From a bacterium (GTDB taxonomy: Bacteria; SAR324; NAC60-12): 64,000 nt of DNA. Below, piece after piece: positions 63,534 to 64,000 of this stretch (positions are counted from its first letter, which is position 1; the number at the start of each line of letters is the position of its first letter). Made by a program: the position numbers and the translations under genes. Where the stretch lies: the NCBI GenBank assembly GCA_965209155.1, contig OZ242383.1, positions 2,432,001 to 2,496,000 on the forward strand. The letters are read 5' to 3'. The notes below the pieces were generated by a model. It saw only the letters and a list, made by a program, of their open reading frames with translations, did no database searches and was not told the origin of the DNA.

Positions 63534-63683
63534 AAAAAGACATCAGTGAACTACTCCAAAATGAACGATTCACTCGAGTCAGCAGTTTTTCACCATCATT
63601 ACTGGATCTTCAGGGAAAACGCCAGTTCTGAAAGATAAGGTTGAACTACGTTAACGGAAAAGGACGTATTTTAATCAGATAAA

Positions 63684-64000
63684 ATCAAATGGGGCATATC
63701 TGCCCCGTGAAGAGGCATATCTGCCCCAATCTAGGATTAGTGTTTAATATCAATGTATTACTGCCGAAAATCCATCATTTTTACCGTTTAAGTGTGTCAA
63801 AATTGCCCCATTTTACCAAAAAATCACCTCAAAACTGGCTGCCCTCTTTCCCATAGGTCGCCTCTGCCCCCACCAATCCTGTGTTTCGAGCGGATGGCAT
63901 GACTTTTGAAGCTAAAGACTCCTGGCAGGGGGGCAACGATTTACGTAGTTAAGCAAAACATTACACTGAAAACCCGATGAAAGGAGGAAATGCCTATGGA
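63684..64000 (+). promoter_or_regulatory. Sigma54 promoter region, copy 2 (runs off the window)
   Basis: Repeat of 46240-46556: UAS at 63691, 63712 and 63794; IHF TATCAATGTATTA at 63748; TGGCATGACTTTTGAA at 63895. Confidence 0.85.

Noticed and set aside
1..64000. tRNA, rRNA or riboswitch genes
   Set aside because: None recognised by eye; a covariance-model search (tRNAscan-SE, Rfam) would be needed to exclude them.

Overview
Bacterial genomic window of roughly 50% GC. The gene content and sigma54-type regulation look deltaproteobacterial/SAR324-like and possibly host-associated, but taxonomy cannot be fixed from sequence alone. Bases 1-38 kb are mostly metabolic and housekeeping genes (hyi, coaA, lon, aconitase X, moeA, glcB, atuA/C/F, pgk, cimA, two PhyH dioxygenases), interspersed with clusters of a REP/MITE-like palindrome, a PIN toxin-antitoxin pair and damaged genes. 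The standout is a module present twice, about 17 kb apart (39.4-46.6 kb and 56.4-64 kb). Each copy has an upstream tandem repeat, then a ~1,970-aa protein (pseudokinase, STAND-type ATPase, helical/TPR region, GAF, sigma54 activator, Fis HTH), then a swappable toxin-antitoxin-like cassette on the opposite strand, then a conserved ~320-bp sigma54 promoter (palindromic UAS, IHF site, -24/-12 box, micro-ORF). The two giant proteins are near-identical except at the N-terminus, where each carries a different, cleanly trimmed DNA-binding domain of mobile-element origin: an integrase arm-binding domain in copy 1 and an IS1595 transposase Zn-ribbon/HTH in copy 2. All family calls are motif recognition by eye; no database searches were run.
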